Assembly (NCBI GenBank): GCA_963789265.1
Contig: CAWBKB010000007.1
Span: 352,001-416,000, forward strand
Reading direction: 5' to 3'
Origin: an uncultured delta proteobacterium
GTDB lineage: Bacteria; Desulfobacterota; Desulfomonilia; Desulfomonilales; Desulfomonilaceae
Length of the DNA stretch: 64,000 nucleotides
Part shown: piece after piece, positions 33,178-44,136 of the stretch
Layout: every line of letters begins with the position of its first letter
How positions within the stretch are numbered: the stretch's first letter is position 1
The notes under the pieces: model-generated
Seen by the model: the letters and a program-made list of their open reading frames with translations, nothing else
Told to the model about the DNA's origin: nothing
The model's database searches: none
Program-made: the position numbers and the translations under genes

Positions 33178-34730
33178 TTACCCGATGCGATTGCCGCCGC
33201 AGGCGAAGGAGGTTCCGCTATTTCTATCGTAGGGTCGCCGGCTGCCCGGACCACCTGCTCCTCGGTCTCTTCCAAAGACTCTTCGTCGGGTTTCCAGGAT
33301 GATGGATATCTCTCCATAAATTTCACCTGAAACGGCAGAAATTTCAGCCTGCCAACATCCTTGGCCAGACGCCCCGAAGTCTCGAGCCCCACGAGTTCCC
33401 GCATACCTTCAGGGGTTACGGCCTCCGAGATTCCCTCCGCTGAAAAAAATCGTACGTTGAAAGCACACTGATTCAGGGGATTAAAGAGCCGCTCAGGGGC
33501 GACGATTCCTTTCAGATCGGGGAGTATCTTCTTCTCGAAGTCTCCTTTCGCTTCCACGTAAACCAGGCTTGAGCGGAATCTGTAGATGGCCATAAGTGAG
33601 CGAGCCTGGTCGAGAAAGCTCTTTCCGAAAAGGATTAGAGCTACGTTCAACATGATATCGACGATGAGGCTAAACAGATAGAGCCGGAAAAAGTCCTCGT
33701 AGCCTACGGAAAAGGTTGGGTATTGCATCAAGATGATCTGGAGAAATCCCACAAGGATCATTACCGAGCCTAGGGACAAGCTCATAAGGGCTCCCAACCG
33801 AGACGAAGTTCTCACATATTCGGGGAAACTTTCTATAAGCGTGCCGATCAGTGTCTCGCCATCTCCGCATGCAGCAGCCTTGGATCTGGAAATCCTGTTG
33901 GAAAAGCCCTTGTTGGCAAAAATTTTTGAGCCTTCTTCTAGAATGCTGAAAAACACACAGGGATGCCCTTTGCCCTCGACGATCATTGAATCCATTTCGC
34001 GGCTAGCTCCGGGTTTCTTTAAGGGTATGAGGCATAGAGCAACCGCGAGCTTCAGTGCGCAGACTACGAGCAGCAGATTGTAGAACGGCATGGGAGACGG
34101 TACCACATAACCTGTCCCGAGCCCGAGCCCCGATAGGTAAGGCGGCAATAGTTCGAATAGCTTGAAGAGATAGTGGATCACAATTGCCATGAAAAGGGCT
34201 TTCCAGACAAAGCGCACATTCCAACGTACGATCAATCCAGGGATCTCGGAAATGTACCTTGCGTTGGACCATACCCGGCCTATCAAGGAAAAAATGAACG
34301 AAGGGGGCCGATCGTACGAATGGAGTTTCCCGTCTTTTAGCCCAAGAGACACGTCCTCGGGGCAGTAGTAGTCCCCGGCCACCCGGAGTGCCGCCCTGAG
34401 ATGAGACATGTGCCTCAAGCCTCCGAACGTCCAGTTCAGACCGACTATCAATCCAGCCAGTGCGGCCACTGTGGTGATAAAAGTCCCCAGGATGAAGGGC
34501 ACATAATTGAGAATGAACTCGTTTACCTGGTCAGGAAGCCTGAGTGGGAAGAATTCGCGTAATTCGTAGAGGCGCGTCACAGACCCTAGAGTTACGAAGA
34601 TTCCGAGAACCACAAGGATGATCCCGTAGAGGAGAGTGTGGTTGGGAAGTTTTACTGTACCGCCTGAGCGTCCTGTGAATATCGAAGCCATACATAACCC
34701 CGAATAACGTTCTCGGCAGAGCAATACCAC
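33168..34730 (-). CDS. Hypothetical membrane protein
   Basis: 520-aa ORF with about 6 TM segments; start uncertain. Confidence 0.7.
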   Translation of the reverse strand: MVLLCRERYSGLCMASIFTGRSGGTVKLPNHTLLYGIILVVLGIFVTLGSVTRLYELREFFPLRLPDQVNEFILNYVPFILGTFITTVAALAGLIVGLNWTFGGLRHMSHLRAALRVAGDYYCPEDVSLGLKDGKLHSYDRPPSFIFSLIGRVWSNARYISEIPGLIVRWNVRFVWKALFMAIVIHYLFKLFELLPPYLSGLGLGTGYVVPSPMPFYNLLLVVCALKLAVALCLIPLKKPGASREMDSMIVEGKGHPCVFFSILEEGSKIFANKGFSNRISRSKAAACGDGETLIGTLIESFPEYVRTSSRLGALMSLSLGSVMILVGFLQIILMQYPTFSVGYEDFFRLYLFSLIVDIMLNVALILFGKSFLDQARSLMAIYRFRSSLVYVEAKGDFEKKILPDLKGIVAPERLFNPLNQCAFNVRFFSAEGISEAVTPEGMRELVGLETSGRLAKDVGRLKFLPFQVKFMERYPSSWKPDEESLEETEEQVVRAAGDPTIEIAEPPSPAAAIASGNCT

Positions 34731-34869
34731 ACCACATATCTACTGTCAATTGAATTCGTTATATGATTTATCGTATGTTATAATTTATATAATTATCTCA
34801 ACATCGAAATATGTCTTGATGAATACTATAAGACAGGCTGGGAGCATGAAGTGACGAAGCAGGGGCTGA

Positions 34870-35032
34870 GTGACCATTCACTTATTCGGGGGATCTTCTG
34901 CACCTTATCATCGCGAGGGGTGCATGGTGGGGCAGGCTTTCCAGCCTGCCGGAGAAACCCCTGTACAATGGCGGGCTAGAAAGCCCACCCCACGAAGCCA
35001 GCCGCAAATTCCGGCTGTAACTGAATGCTTAC
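34870..35032. mobile_element. MITE class C, copy 2 (older, TSD degraded)
   Basis: About 105 bp similar to 30142-30247; ends GTGACCATTCAC / CTGAATGCTTAC. Confidence 0.6.
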
Positions 35033-35136
35033 TGCCCTGAACCGTTTTCGATTGACAACCCGTCTCGAGTGGACTATTAGCGGAGCCATCATCATTGAGG
35101 ACTCGGAACAAATAATTAAGATCAGGAGAGGAGAGA

Positions 35137-35301
35137 ATGCGAACCACGGATGTGTCCGGTGCGAAAACCCGAAGGCAACCCTACAGGCCGCTTCAGGAAG
35201 ATCCGCGATATGACGAAATCAAGAAGATGATAGACGACTTCCCCGCGGAAAAGATGGAAAAGTTGAAAACATACATCGAGCGCTGGCTGCGCCACGCTTA
35301 A
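35137..35301 (+). CDS. Small protein (54 aa), not in ORF track
   Basis: AGGAGAGGAG RBS and upstream TTGACA-N17-TATTAG; MRTTDVSGAK...YDEIKKMIDDFPAEKMEKLKTYIERWLRHA. Confidence 0.6.
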   Translation: MRTTDVSGAKTRRQPYRPLQEDPRYDEIKKMIDDFPAEKMEKLKTYIERWLRHA

Positions 35302-35375
35302 GTCCGGATAGACTATTTTTGCTAACAAGGGCCAGGTCAGACGATCCGGCCCTTTCTAACTGCCATCCGCGGATA

Positions 35376-36924
35376 CTATTCCCATTCGATCGTGCTGGGG
35401 GGTTTGGACGAGATGTCATACACCACTCGGTTGATCCCCCGCACCTCATTGATTATACGATTTGAAATCACTGCTAGAGTTTCATGAGGCAGCGGGTACC
35501 AGTCGGCAGTCATCCCGTCCGTTGCTTCCACGGCCCGGAGCGCGGCCACATGTTCGTACGTGCGCTCGTCGCCCATGACTCCCACCGACTTGACCGGAAG
35601 CAGCACGACAAATGCCTGCCAGATACTTCTATACAAACCGGCCCTCCGGATCTCTTCCATAGCTATGGAGTCCGCCTCTTGCAACAATGCCACGCGATCC
35701 GGCGTGACTTCTCCAAGGATTCGCACGGCCAGACCCGGGCCCGGGAACGGATGTCGCCACAGGATTGCGTCCGGAACCCCCAGCCGTGCACCCAGCTCAC
35801 GCACCTCATCTTTGAAGAGTTCCCGAAGAGGTTCGATAAGCTCCAAACGCATTTTCTGAGGTAGCCCACCCACATTATGATGGCTTTTGATAGTGGCTGA
35901 AGGGCCGCCCTTGAACGAGACGCTTTCTATGACGTCAGGATAAAGAGTTCCCTGGGCCAGGAATTCGACATTGGGAAACCTGGCTGCCTCGGATTCAAAG
36001 ACTCTTATGAATTCTTCGCCAATAATCTTCCGCTTTTGCTCGGGATCCGTAACTCCGCTGAGCCTGGTCAAGAACCTATCGGCTGCATCCACATAATCCA
36101 GTTCAATGCCAAGTTGGTCCCGGAATATGCCGAGAACCTCCCCGGTCTCTCCTTTTCTCAAGAGGCCGTTATTCACGAAGATCGGATGAAGGCAATCTCC
36201 GATAGCCTGGTGGAGAAGAGTCACCATTACTGACGAGTCCACGCCCCCGGACAAGGCAGCAACTACATGAGCTTTGCCGACTCGCCTCTTCACTTCCGCC
36301 ACGGCTGTCTCTACGAAGGAGGCCATGGTCCAGTTGGGTTCAAGCTTTGCAATCTTGTACAGGAAGTTTTTGAGTACGATTGCTCCTTCAGGGGTGTGGA
36401 CTACTTCAGGATGGAATTGGACGCCACTGATACGGCAGTCCTGGCTCTCAAACGAAGCAAACGCCGTATCCTCCGTGCTTGAGGTGACTTTAAAGCTTCG
36501 CGGAAGCTCGATAACCTTGTCTCCGTGGCTCGATCCACACCTGAGCGCCGGCTGAGATACCCTGAAGCAGAATCGAGTCATCCCGTACGTAACTCAACGT
36601 GGCCCGCCCGTATTCCCTGTCCTGGGCTGGTTGCACCCTTCCCCCCATGGTGTGGGCAATACCCTGTAGCCCGTAGCAAATTCCGAGGACAGGTAGCCCC
36701 AATTCGAGAATTTCTCGGTCGAGTTGAGGCGCATCGTCATCGTAAATGCTTGCAGGACCACCGGAGAGAATGATGGCAGCCGGCCTCTTTTGGCGAACAG
36801 CCTCCATGCCCCGGCTAAAAGGTTGTATCTCGCAGTATACTCCGGCCTCTCGAATGCGCCGGGCTATAAGCTGCGTATATTGAGACCCGAAATCGAGAAC
36901 AAGAACGTAAGACGTTATGAGCAA
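35376..36924 (-). CDS. guaA: GMP synthase (glutamine-hydrolysing), split by +1 insertion near 36534
   Basis: [40 protein letters not shown]. Confidence 0.96.
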
Positions 36925-37446
36925 CTCGTGACCCCCATTTAGGCTCCTCATCATGAAGATAGATATTATTCCTTATCCGTGGAAGGTTGTTTTGTCAAAG
37001 GCTTGGACGAAGTTTTGACGGGATCGGGGTCTCGGACCCTCTTTATGACCGCTACGTCAGTCTTCGTCCAATCTGTACCGGGGATGAACAGATGTGCGGG
37101 TGTCTCTGGCCGCCTGCGGCACAAGTACTCCGGTGCCCAAATTAGACCTTGAATTCTGGTTCCATTGCCGTCATTCCCGGGTGCGCGGGCCCGCGAACGC
37201 GAGGTTCCCCCTTCCGTAAAGGGGGGTTAGAGGGATTTTGGTATAAGCCCCTGAAAATCCACTTAAATCCCCCTTTAGGGGACTTTGACGGCCCGTGGGC
37301 TCTATTCACATATAACATACTCGCGTTAAGTTAGCGCCTATGGGATCGGCGTCCGGGCCGACCGTATTGGATGGGTTGCAAACACACAACATTGCCCGAA
37401 ATAAGACACCGAATTTGAAAAATCGAGTAGTAATTGTGCGGCCCAC

Positions 37447-37483
37447 AAAAAAGAGAGATCGGGCATTTGACTCGATCTCTCTT
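37447..37483 (-). terminator. Rho-independent terminator
   Basis: AAGAGAGATCGAG/CCCGATCTCTCTT hairpin followed by a T-run on the minus strand, downstream of 37514..37987. Confidence 0.7.
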
Positions 37484-37513
37484 CCGGAATATATCCCGGT
37501 TATAGATTCTCTC

Positions 37514-37987
37514 TTACTGAACTTGCTGTTTCTTGATCACTTCATACTTCAGGCCGCTGGTTACACACGGGTTGCAGCCAGGGGACGCTATCGAGTATTT
37601 CTCGATATTGCTCACCAGATGGCCGCCAGGCATAACAGGAGGAGGAGCACCCCAGGCTACAGGACCGCCGTAGGGGGGCGCAACGCATTTGGGAGGGATG
37701 ACCTGGACCTTCATGGTGCATCTGGTGCCCTTCCATACGCCCCAGGGCCTGAAACCGCCCGGAGCCGTGTACTGCTCACAATCGCACAGCAACAGCGTGC
37801 TATCCCCACCGATTGTGCCTGAAGTCGCCCTAGAGTAGGCCGTTTTCACTTTCATGGGGATCATTATCATGTCCCCAGAGACAGCACAGCCGCCACCCGC
37901 CATGGCAGGCATCCAAGCGCTAGCTACTCCCACCGCAGTGATGATCAGGGCCATAGCGCTGAGAACAACAATCATCTTCTTGACCAT
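37514..37987 (-). CDS. Secreted Cys/Pro/Gly-rich hypothetical protein
   Basis: AGGAGG RBS, signal peptide, own terminator. Confidence 0.7.
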   Translation of the reverse strand: MVKKMIVVLSAMALIITAVGVASAWMPAMAGGGCAVSGDMIMIPMKVKTAYSRATSGTIGGDSTLLLCDCEQYTAPGGFRPWGVWKGTRCTMKVQVIPPKCVAPPYGGPVAWGAPPPVMPGGHLVSNIEKYSIASPGCNPCVTSGLKYEVIKKQQVQ

Positions 37988-38484
37988 ACCCAATCCTCCT
38001 TTTATTAGGCCCCGCCAACCAGTCCACGGGGAGCCGAATTTGGAATTATAGACAAATCAAACCTATTGCCAATGTGATTATCAGAACCGTCGCAGGAAGT
38101 CAAGACATTTTTTCCCGAGAAAGCCTGATGTCGCCTCGAAATCATGTACGACCATACCAGAAAGAAATCTAAATTCAAACTTTTTTTTCAACGGCACCTA
38201 CTCGCGCACCTATTTAACGAATACACGCCTATCACCTCCGACACTGTAACTTGAAGCCATTGCCAAGAATAATATCGTCTTGGACGCTTGTTGTACGGAG
38301 TCCGAGTCGAATAGGATAACGGAATTTTTTTGCCCTCATTCCCATTCACGATGTCCCGCGAGTCCGGGGGGACCCTTTGTAAAGCGGCGCGAGCCGGGCA
38401 ACAATTTCGGCAGTTTTTATCATTTACCGCTTGATCCGGCACCAGCACCCCCGCAGAAACAACGTTGATCGGTTGAAGCTTTTG

Positions 38485-39757
38485 TCAAATATCCGAAGCG
38501 TATTCCCTCGGATCGGCGAGGCAACCTGCCACCGCCGTAGCGGCCGCCACCGCCGGAGATGCAAGAATGACCTCGCTTTCCGGATGCCCCATGCGGCCCA
38601 CAAAATTCCTGTTCGTGGTAGAGACTGCGCGTTCCCCTTTGGCCAGGATCCCCATATAGCCGCCGAGGCAAGGTCCACAAGTAGGGGTAGACACGGCTCC
38701 TCCCGCGGACAAAATTTCTTCGACAAGCCCTTCGGCCACCGCCTCCAGCATGATCTTAGGCGTCGCGGGGATGACGATAAGCCTCACACCCTTCGCAACC
38801 TTCCTTCCTTTCAATATGGAAGCCGCTGTACCGAAGATCTTCTATTCTGCCGTTGGTGCAGGACCCGATCACTACTTGTTCCACTTTCATCCCTTTGACT
38901 TCCGATATACGTCGCGCATTCTCGGGTAGAAACGGGAGGGCCACGGTCGGTTCGAGAGATGAGAGATCTATCCGAAGAGTCTCCGTAAAAGCCGCGTCAG
39001 GATCAGATTCATAAACCGCGTATGGCCTGCGGGTGCGGCCATCTGCATACGCCCGCGTCTCATCATCAAATGAGAAGATGCCATTCTTTGCGCCTGCCTC
39101 AATGGCCATGTTCGATATAGTGAATCTGTCTGACATGCCCAAATGACGGACCCCATCGCCCACGAACTCCATGGCCTTATAAAGAGCCCCATCCACACCG
39201 ATCTCACCAATTATGGAAAGGATCACGTCCTTGCCCCCCACCCAAGGGCCGGGCTTTCCCGTCAGCACAAAGCGCATTGTCTCAGGCACTTTGAACCAGC
39301 AGTTTCCCGTGATCATGGCTGCGGCAAAGTCTGTGCTTCCTACTCCCGTTGAGAAGGCTGCCAGAGCACCATACGTGCACGTGTGGCTGTCCGCTCCGAT
39401 TATGAGGTCTCCCGGTCCGACTAATCCCTGCTCCGGCAGCAGTGCATGTTCAATCCCCATTTCCCCGACGTCATAAAGATGGATCAGGCCGACTTCTCGG
39501 GCGAACTTTCTGGCCAGGCTAAGCATCTCGGCGGAAGCAATGTCTTTGGCCGGGTTGAAGTGATCCAGCACCACTATCACGCGCTCCGGATCAAAGACAC
39601 GAGTACCCCCCGCATCCCTAAAGGGGCCTATGGCGAGAGGAATCGTAATGTCATTGGCCAACGCGATGTCCACGCGTGCTTGGATGAGTTCTCCAGGCTG
39701 CACGACCTCGTTTCCGGTGTGAGCAGCCAAGATCTTCTCGGTCATAGTCATTCCCAT
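38485..39757 (-). CDS. leuC: 3-isopropylmalate dehydratase/homoaconitase large subunit (+1 frameshift near 38831)
   Basis: [39 protein letters not shown]. Confidence 0.9.
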
Positions 39758-40074
39758 TTACGAAAGCTCCTTCTCATACAGTTCATATCCGGTGTGCAAG
39801 GTCATGTAGGCTTACTGGACCGGCAAAGAATTGCCCCCGTTGTCAGGCCGCTCTCTCCAGCCAATGGAGTTCGAATTTATATCTTTCAAAGCATCCCATT
39901 CTCCCGGTCTGGCCTTCAAAAAGGCGAATCGACATCCCTTTCACAGAAAAAATCGGAAGCAACGCGGAGACCTCACGATAACTGCTCCGATAATTCGCCT
40001 CGGCGCATCCACGTAACACATTACGTTTTTTTCTCGGGTCCGTCTATCTCAGCGAGAGCCGACTTCTGAGACAA

Positions 40075-40953
40075 TCACGACGCGTGATATCCGGGCCGCT
40101 CATTGAAGTAGGCCTCCAGTGCCTCCTCCCAGCGCCTCAATCGCGAGCCTGTCAGTTCTATAAACCTGGAATTGTCCAGAACTGAATAGGCCGGCCTGGG
40201 CGCGGGCCTGTCCAGTTCTTGGCTACTCATGGCCTCCACGTGGACGGTTGTGATTCCGGCAAGCTCAAGAATCCTGCGAGCAAATTCGTACCACGTCGTC
40301 TCGCCCGAATTGGTGACGTGGAAAGTCCCTCGCGCGGATAAGCCACACAGGCCGATGAGCGAGGCTGCGAAATCCGGCGCGTAAGTGGGGCAACCTTTCT
40401 GATCGCCTACCACCCTGAGCACATCTCTCTTCTGCGCCTGTGAAAGTATTGCCTCCACGAAGTTCTTCCCATGCAGTCCGAACAGCCATTGAGTTCGGAC
40501 GATACAATGCCTGTCCGGAAGTAACTCCCTGATGCTGCGTTCGCCTTCAGCCTTGGATCTGCCATATACCCCTAGAGGATTTATCGGGTCTTCTTCCAGG
40601 TAAGGTGATCGCTTGTTTCCGTCAAACACATAATCAGTACTTATGTGCACGAGGAAAGATCCGGTAGCGAGCGAAGCTTTGGCGAGATTTTCAGGACCTT
40701 GAGCGTTGGCGCTGAAAGCTTCTTCCGGCCTTGATTCACACCCGTCCACATCGGTATAAGCGGCTACATTGATCACCACGCTCGGCCGATGCGTTTCAAG
40801 CGCGTCCATTACTGAATCCGCTGCACGAATATCCAACTCATCCAGGTCCAATGCCACAGTCTTTATGCCACGTTCCAGCAGCAACCTCACCAGGTCTGTG
40901 CCAAGCATACCCTTGGAGCCTATCACGAGGTAAGGTTCCTGAAATTTCACCAT
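40075..40953 (-). CDS. rfbD: dTDP-4-dehydrorhamnose reductase
   Basis: GSKGMLG, AAYTDVD, ISTDYVFDG, YGRSK, A.RP.YS.LD. Confidence 0.95.
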   Translation of the reverse strand: MVKFQEPYLVIGSKGMLGTDLVRLLLERGIKTVALDLDELDIRAADSVMDALETHRPSVVINVAAYTDVDGCESRPEEAFSANAQGPENLAKASLATGSFLVHISTDYVFDGNKRSPYLEEDPINPLGVYGRSKAEGERSIRELLPDRHCIVRTQWLFGLHGKNFVEAILSQAQKRDVLRVVGDQKGCPTYAPDFAASLIGLCGLSARGTFHVTNSGETTWYEFARRILELAGITTVHVEAMSSQELDRPAPRPAYSVLDNSRFIELTGSRLRRWEEALEAYFNERPGYHAS

Positions 40954-41142
40954 AACCGCCTCCACAATTATCTTAGCAGTTGAACTTGCAAGTGTTTTTC
41001 AATATGATGACCGGAAATCACTTCCATTGGCAAACCCCTGTCATTTTCGCAGGTTGTAGGATGGCAGGCCGTGCGCCTCGAACTTTCGGCCTTCAATCAT
41101 ACTGTTTATGACACTCATCTGCATCGGAGCGCAAGAATCGTG

Positions 41143-42363
41143 ATGAAAATGGTTCTTAGGTACGCACGGAAACAGGACCTTTCCGCAATTAAGAAGATCC
41201 TCAAACCCTGGATCGACCATGACCCGAGGATCCTTGAACTCCTGGAAACCTTACCCTTTATGGGTGAGCAAAGCACGATCAGTTGCAGAATACTCGAGAC
41301 AGACAAGTCCATTCGCTGTGTGTCACTCTGGTCGCAAGAAGAACCGAAGGAGGCACGTCTGCTGGCCCTTGGACTAGGTCCGGGAACGTCCGACCTCGGC
41401 TGGGATAGAAGGTTCCTGCGGGAAGAAATCCTGGCGTGGTCTGAAGTTGGGGTAGCGAAGGCAACAGTGCGTCTTCCCGAGTCTCTTGCCGGTTCACTCA
41501 TCGGCTGCCTGAAGAGCTGCGGATTCATGCTGGAAGGCATTTCTTCCTGTTGCAGTGTTGATGACAAGCCTCAGATATGCTTGTGCAAGCATTTCCTCTA
41601 CCGGGTCATCCCGAATTCTCAAGTCATGGACTTTTTACGGGATTTCTTGCTCTCTCTTGGGTACGAGGTGAGAGAGGAACCCGAGGGCCTTGTATACCGG
41701 ATTAAACCCCAGTACCACCTCCCCTTTATTTTCAGTTCCTGGCATCGCATCACGAAGAGCGGCCCGGACATAATCGTTCACCCTCCAGCGCGGGTGCTTG
41801 AAACTCACGAGTTGGAGACCCTCTTTTATCCTTTAAGGATCCACGCCCGGCACGAACAACCTCTGCTGCTGCCGATGGAGAAAAAAAGGGCCTTACATCT
41901 GATCGACCTTCCTCAGTCGGACTCCAGGCAAAACAGCCTCTTCGATTCCGGTCCCGTTCGCCGGGACAGGCCGGTCCACGCAAGCAATCTCACGTACGGT
42001 TACCCTACGGGGGTTCGGGGGATTCGCAAGGGTCTTCCACTGCTATTCTATATTAATAAAGTCGGTGTGGTCGGGTCGGGCCGGGTAGATGACTGGTACT
42101 TGGACGAGCCCAAAAACCTTTACAACAATATTGATGAAATGGGTTATTTCGATCCTGAAGACGTCAAAGAACAGGCCGCCACTTCCGGATCGAAAATGGG
42201 CAAGGTCCTGGTAATCCGCTTCCACTGGTACAAGCCCCTGAAACGATCCGTCACGCTGGAAGAAATTCGAAGAATGGATGAGAGTTTCAACCCCCAGCGC
42301 GCACGTACCTTGTCGGTGGGGCTTTTTGATTCGATAGTCTCTGCCGGAAACAGGGAGAATTGA
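41143..42363 (+). CDS. Hypothetical protein: GNAT-like N-terminus plus ASCH/EVE(PUA)-like C-terminus
   Basis: N-terminal LRYA...DL..I; C-terminal G.PLLFY....VVGSG.V...P..LY and KPL...VTLEEI pattern; fold assignment by eye. Confidence 0.5.
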   Translation: MKMVLRYARKQDLSAIKKILKPWIDHDPRILELLETLPFMGEQSTISCRILETDKSIRCVSLWSQEEPKEARLLALGLGPGTSDLGWDRRFLREEILAWSEVGVAKATVRLPESLAGSLIGCLKSCGFMLEGISSCCSVDDKPQICLCKHFLYRVIPNSQVMDFLRDFLLSLGYEVREEPEGLVYRIKPQYHLPFIFSSWHRITKSGPDIIVHPPARVLETHELETLFYPLRIHARHEQPLLLPMEKKRALHLIDLPQSDSRQNSLFDSGPVRRDRPVHASNLTYGYPTGVRGIRKGLPLLFYINKVGVVGSGRVDDWYLDEPKNLYNNIDEMGYFDPEDVKEQAATSGSKMGKVLVIRFHWYKPLKRSVTLEEIRRMDESFNPQRARTLSVGLFDSIVSAGNREN

Positions 42364-42921
42364 TGCCGGCGGACACTCCCACGCGCAGCCATGTCATGAC
42401 TTATGAATACAAAGGAATAAGGCCCAAAATAGGCCGTAACGTGTTCCTGGCCCCCGGTGTTGTGGTGCTGGGAGACGTCGAGATAGGAGACGGAAGCAAC
42501 ATCTGGTTTTACACGGTGGCGCGGGGGGACAGTCACAGCATAAGGATCGGGCGGAACGCCAACATCCAGGATCATTGCATGTTGCACGTCACTCGCGGAC
42601 GCTTTCCTCTCATAATAGGGGACGGGGTTGTCGTCGGCCACCGGGCAGTACCTGCACGGCTGCACCGTCCATAACAACGCGCTGATCGGTATAGGCGCGC
42701 TGGTGCTTGATGGGGCCGTAGTGGAAAAAGGGGCGATCATTACAGCAGGCTCGGTAGTCACTCCGGGGAGCACCATATCATTCAACCATGTAGCAGTCGG
42801 CATCCCTGCGCGCATTACCAGGGAAGTGACGGATGAGGAAAAGGCATTCCACCGGCAAAGTCTCTTGAATTACTACGAATATGGCCAAGTCTTCGACGAG
42901 CGGGTGCGACGATTACCATAG
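42363..42921 (+). CDS. Gamma carbonic anhydrase family protein (+1 frameshift near 42651)
   Basis: Hexapeptide repeats, GDV.IG, RGD, NIQD..MLH, GH.A.LHGC. Confidence 0.9.
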
Positions 42922-43040
42922 GTCCGGCTCCACAATTGCTGCCGGCGCACGCGGGCATCCGGTAGGGCGGCCCGTGGCCGCTGGCCCGGGCTACGCCACT
43001 GACATGACACCGCGTTTTCGGTAGGGGCCGGTTTGAAACC

Positions 43041-43214
43041 CAATGCTGTTGACTTAAGCCGCATGCCTCTTGTCCAGGAGCTTTTCCTTCGACGGGCCTT
43101 CACCTCGTCATTCCGGCGGAGGCCGGAATCCAGGTTTTCCTAATCTCCCCTGGACCCCGGCCTTCGCCGGGGTGACGGTGGGGTAGACGGAGGTCCCTTA
43201 AGTCAACAGCATTG
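43041..43214. mobile_element. MITE class A, copy 2
   Basis: 174 bp, two substitutions versus copy 1; own 11-bp TSD GGTTTGAAACC. Confidence 0.9.
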
Positions 43215-43783
43215 GGTTTGAAACCCGCCCTTACACGCCTAATTCCGATTCGCTTTCAAACTAATGACAACGTATCTAGCGGGACAGTCCCGCCCAGACG
43301 GGATTGCCGGCGGCAATGCCTGCGTACGCGGGCATCAGGACCGGCCTTCCCGCGAGATCCAGGGTCGTTGATTGGCCGCCGGCGGGGACGCCGGTGCTAC
43401 TCCGCGGATTGGAGTACCAGGTGATGAATGGCGTGCAGTCCCGCGTTCCGCCCGAGATGCTCCACCATATCTTGTCCAGGATTGGCTACTTGACGGCGCA
43501 TTAGTATCAAATCGCGTCTGAAGAAGCCCGTGCCCTCTCGTACGAAGTTCCCTTAGTAATTGCCCGCCTGCTGCAACGAGAAACGTTGGGGTCGTCATCC
43601 GCTTAAAACCGGTGGCCGGCGTTACCTAGTGGGTTGTCTCCCGCCGCCTCTGCGCTCTTCACAAGAGACTGCGGTCTGAAATTGCTTAATGTATTACTTT
43701 AATTATTGACAATAGCTAACTGGTATGCTTTATTAATTCCGTTGCTTGGCAACGTCATCCACTAGTATGCGGGAGGAGTTCGC

Positions 43784-43963
43784 ATGCCTCATTCACACAA
43801 TATTGACTATTACATCGGACACATGAACGATGAATCCCTGGCGGACGCGCTGGCAGATTTTGAAGACCCGCTGGAGGGCCGGTCTGCCGAGATGTTATCC
43901 TCCCTGGACCTGGAAGACGATTTTGGCGAGGACGAGATCTCAATCGATTACGATGACTTTTGA
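43784..43963 (+). CDS. Small, highly acidic protein (59 aa), not in ORF track
   Basis: GGAGGAG RBS; MPHSHNIDYYIGHMNDESLADALADFEDPLEGRSAEMLSSLDLEDDFGEDEISIDYDDF. Confidence 0.6.
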   Translation: MPHSHNIDYYIGHMNDESLADALADFEDPLEGRSAEMLSSLDLEDDFGEDEISIDYDDF

Positions 43964-44136
43964 TCCTCCCCACTCCCTCCATACGCGCTCACGGCCGAAG
44001 AAAAGGGTCCTCTTCGGCCGTTTCCATTTTGAAAGGGCTGCCTTTCCCGAATGCGTCTTCTTCCTTGCCAATCCGGTTCAACGCTGAGTATTTCGATTTG
44101 TTCACGACGGTCTTATTTGCTTCCCCAGGAGGGATC

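Noticed and set aside
35376..39757. Pseudogenisation or programmed frameshifting of guaA, leuC and other split genes
   Set aside because: Single +1 insertions in otherwise intact conserved genes, with no slippery sites and strong GTAC/homopolymer bias, fit sequencing error.
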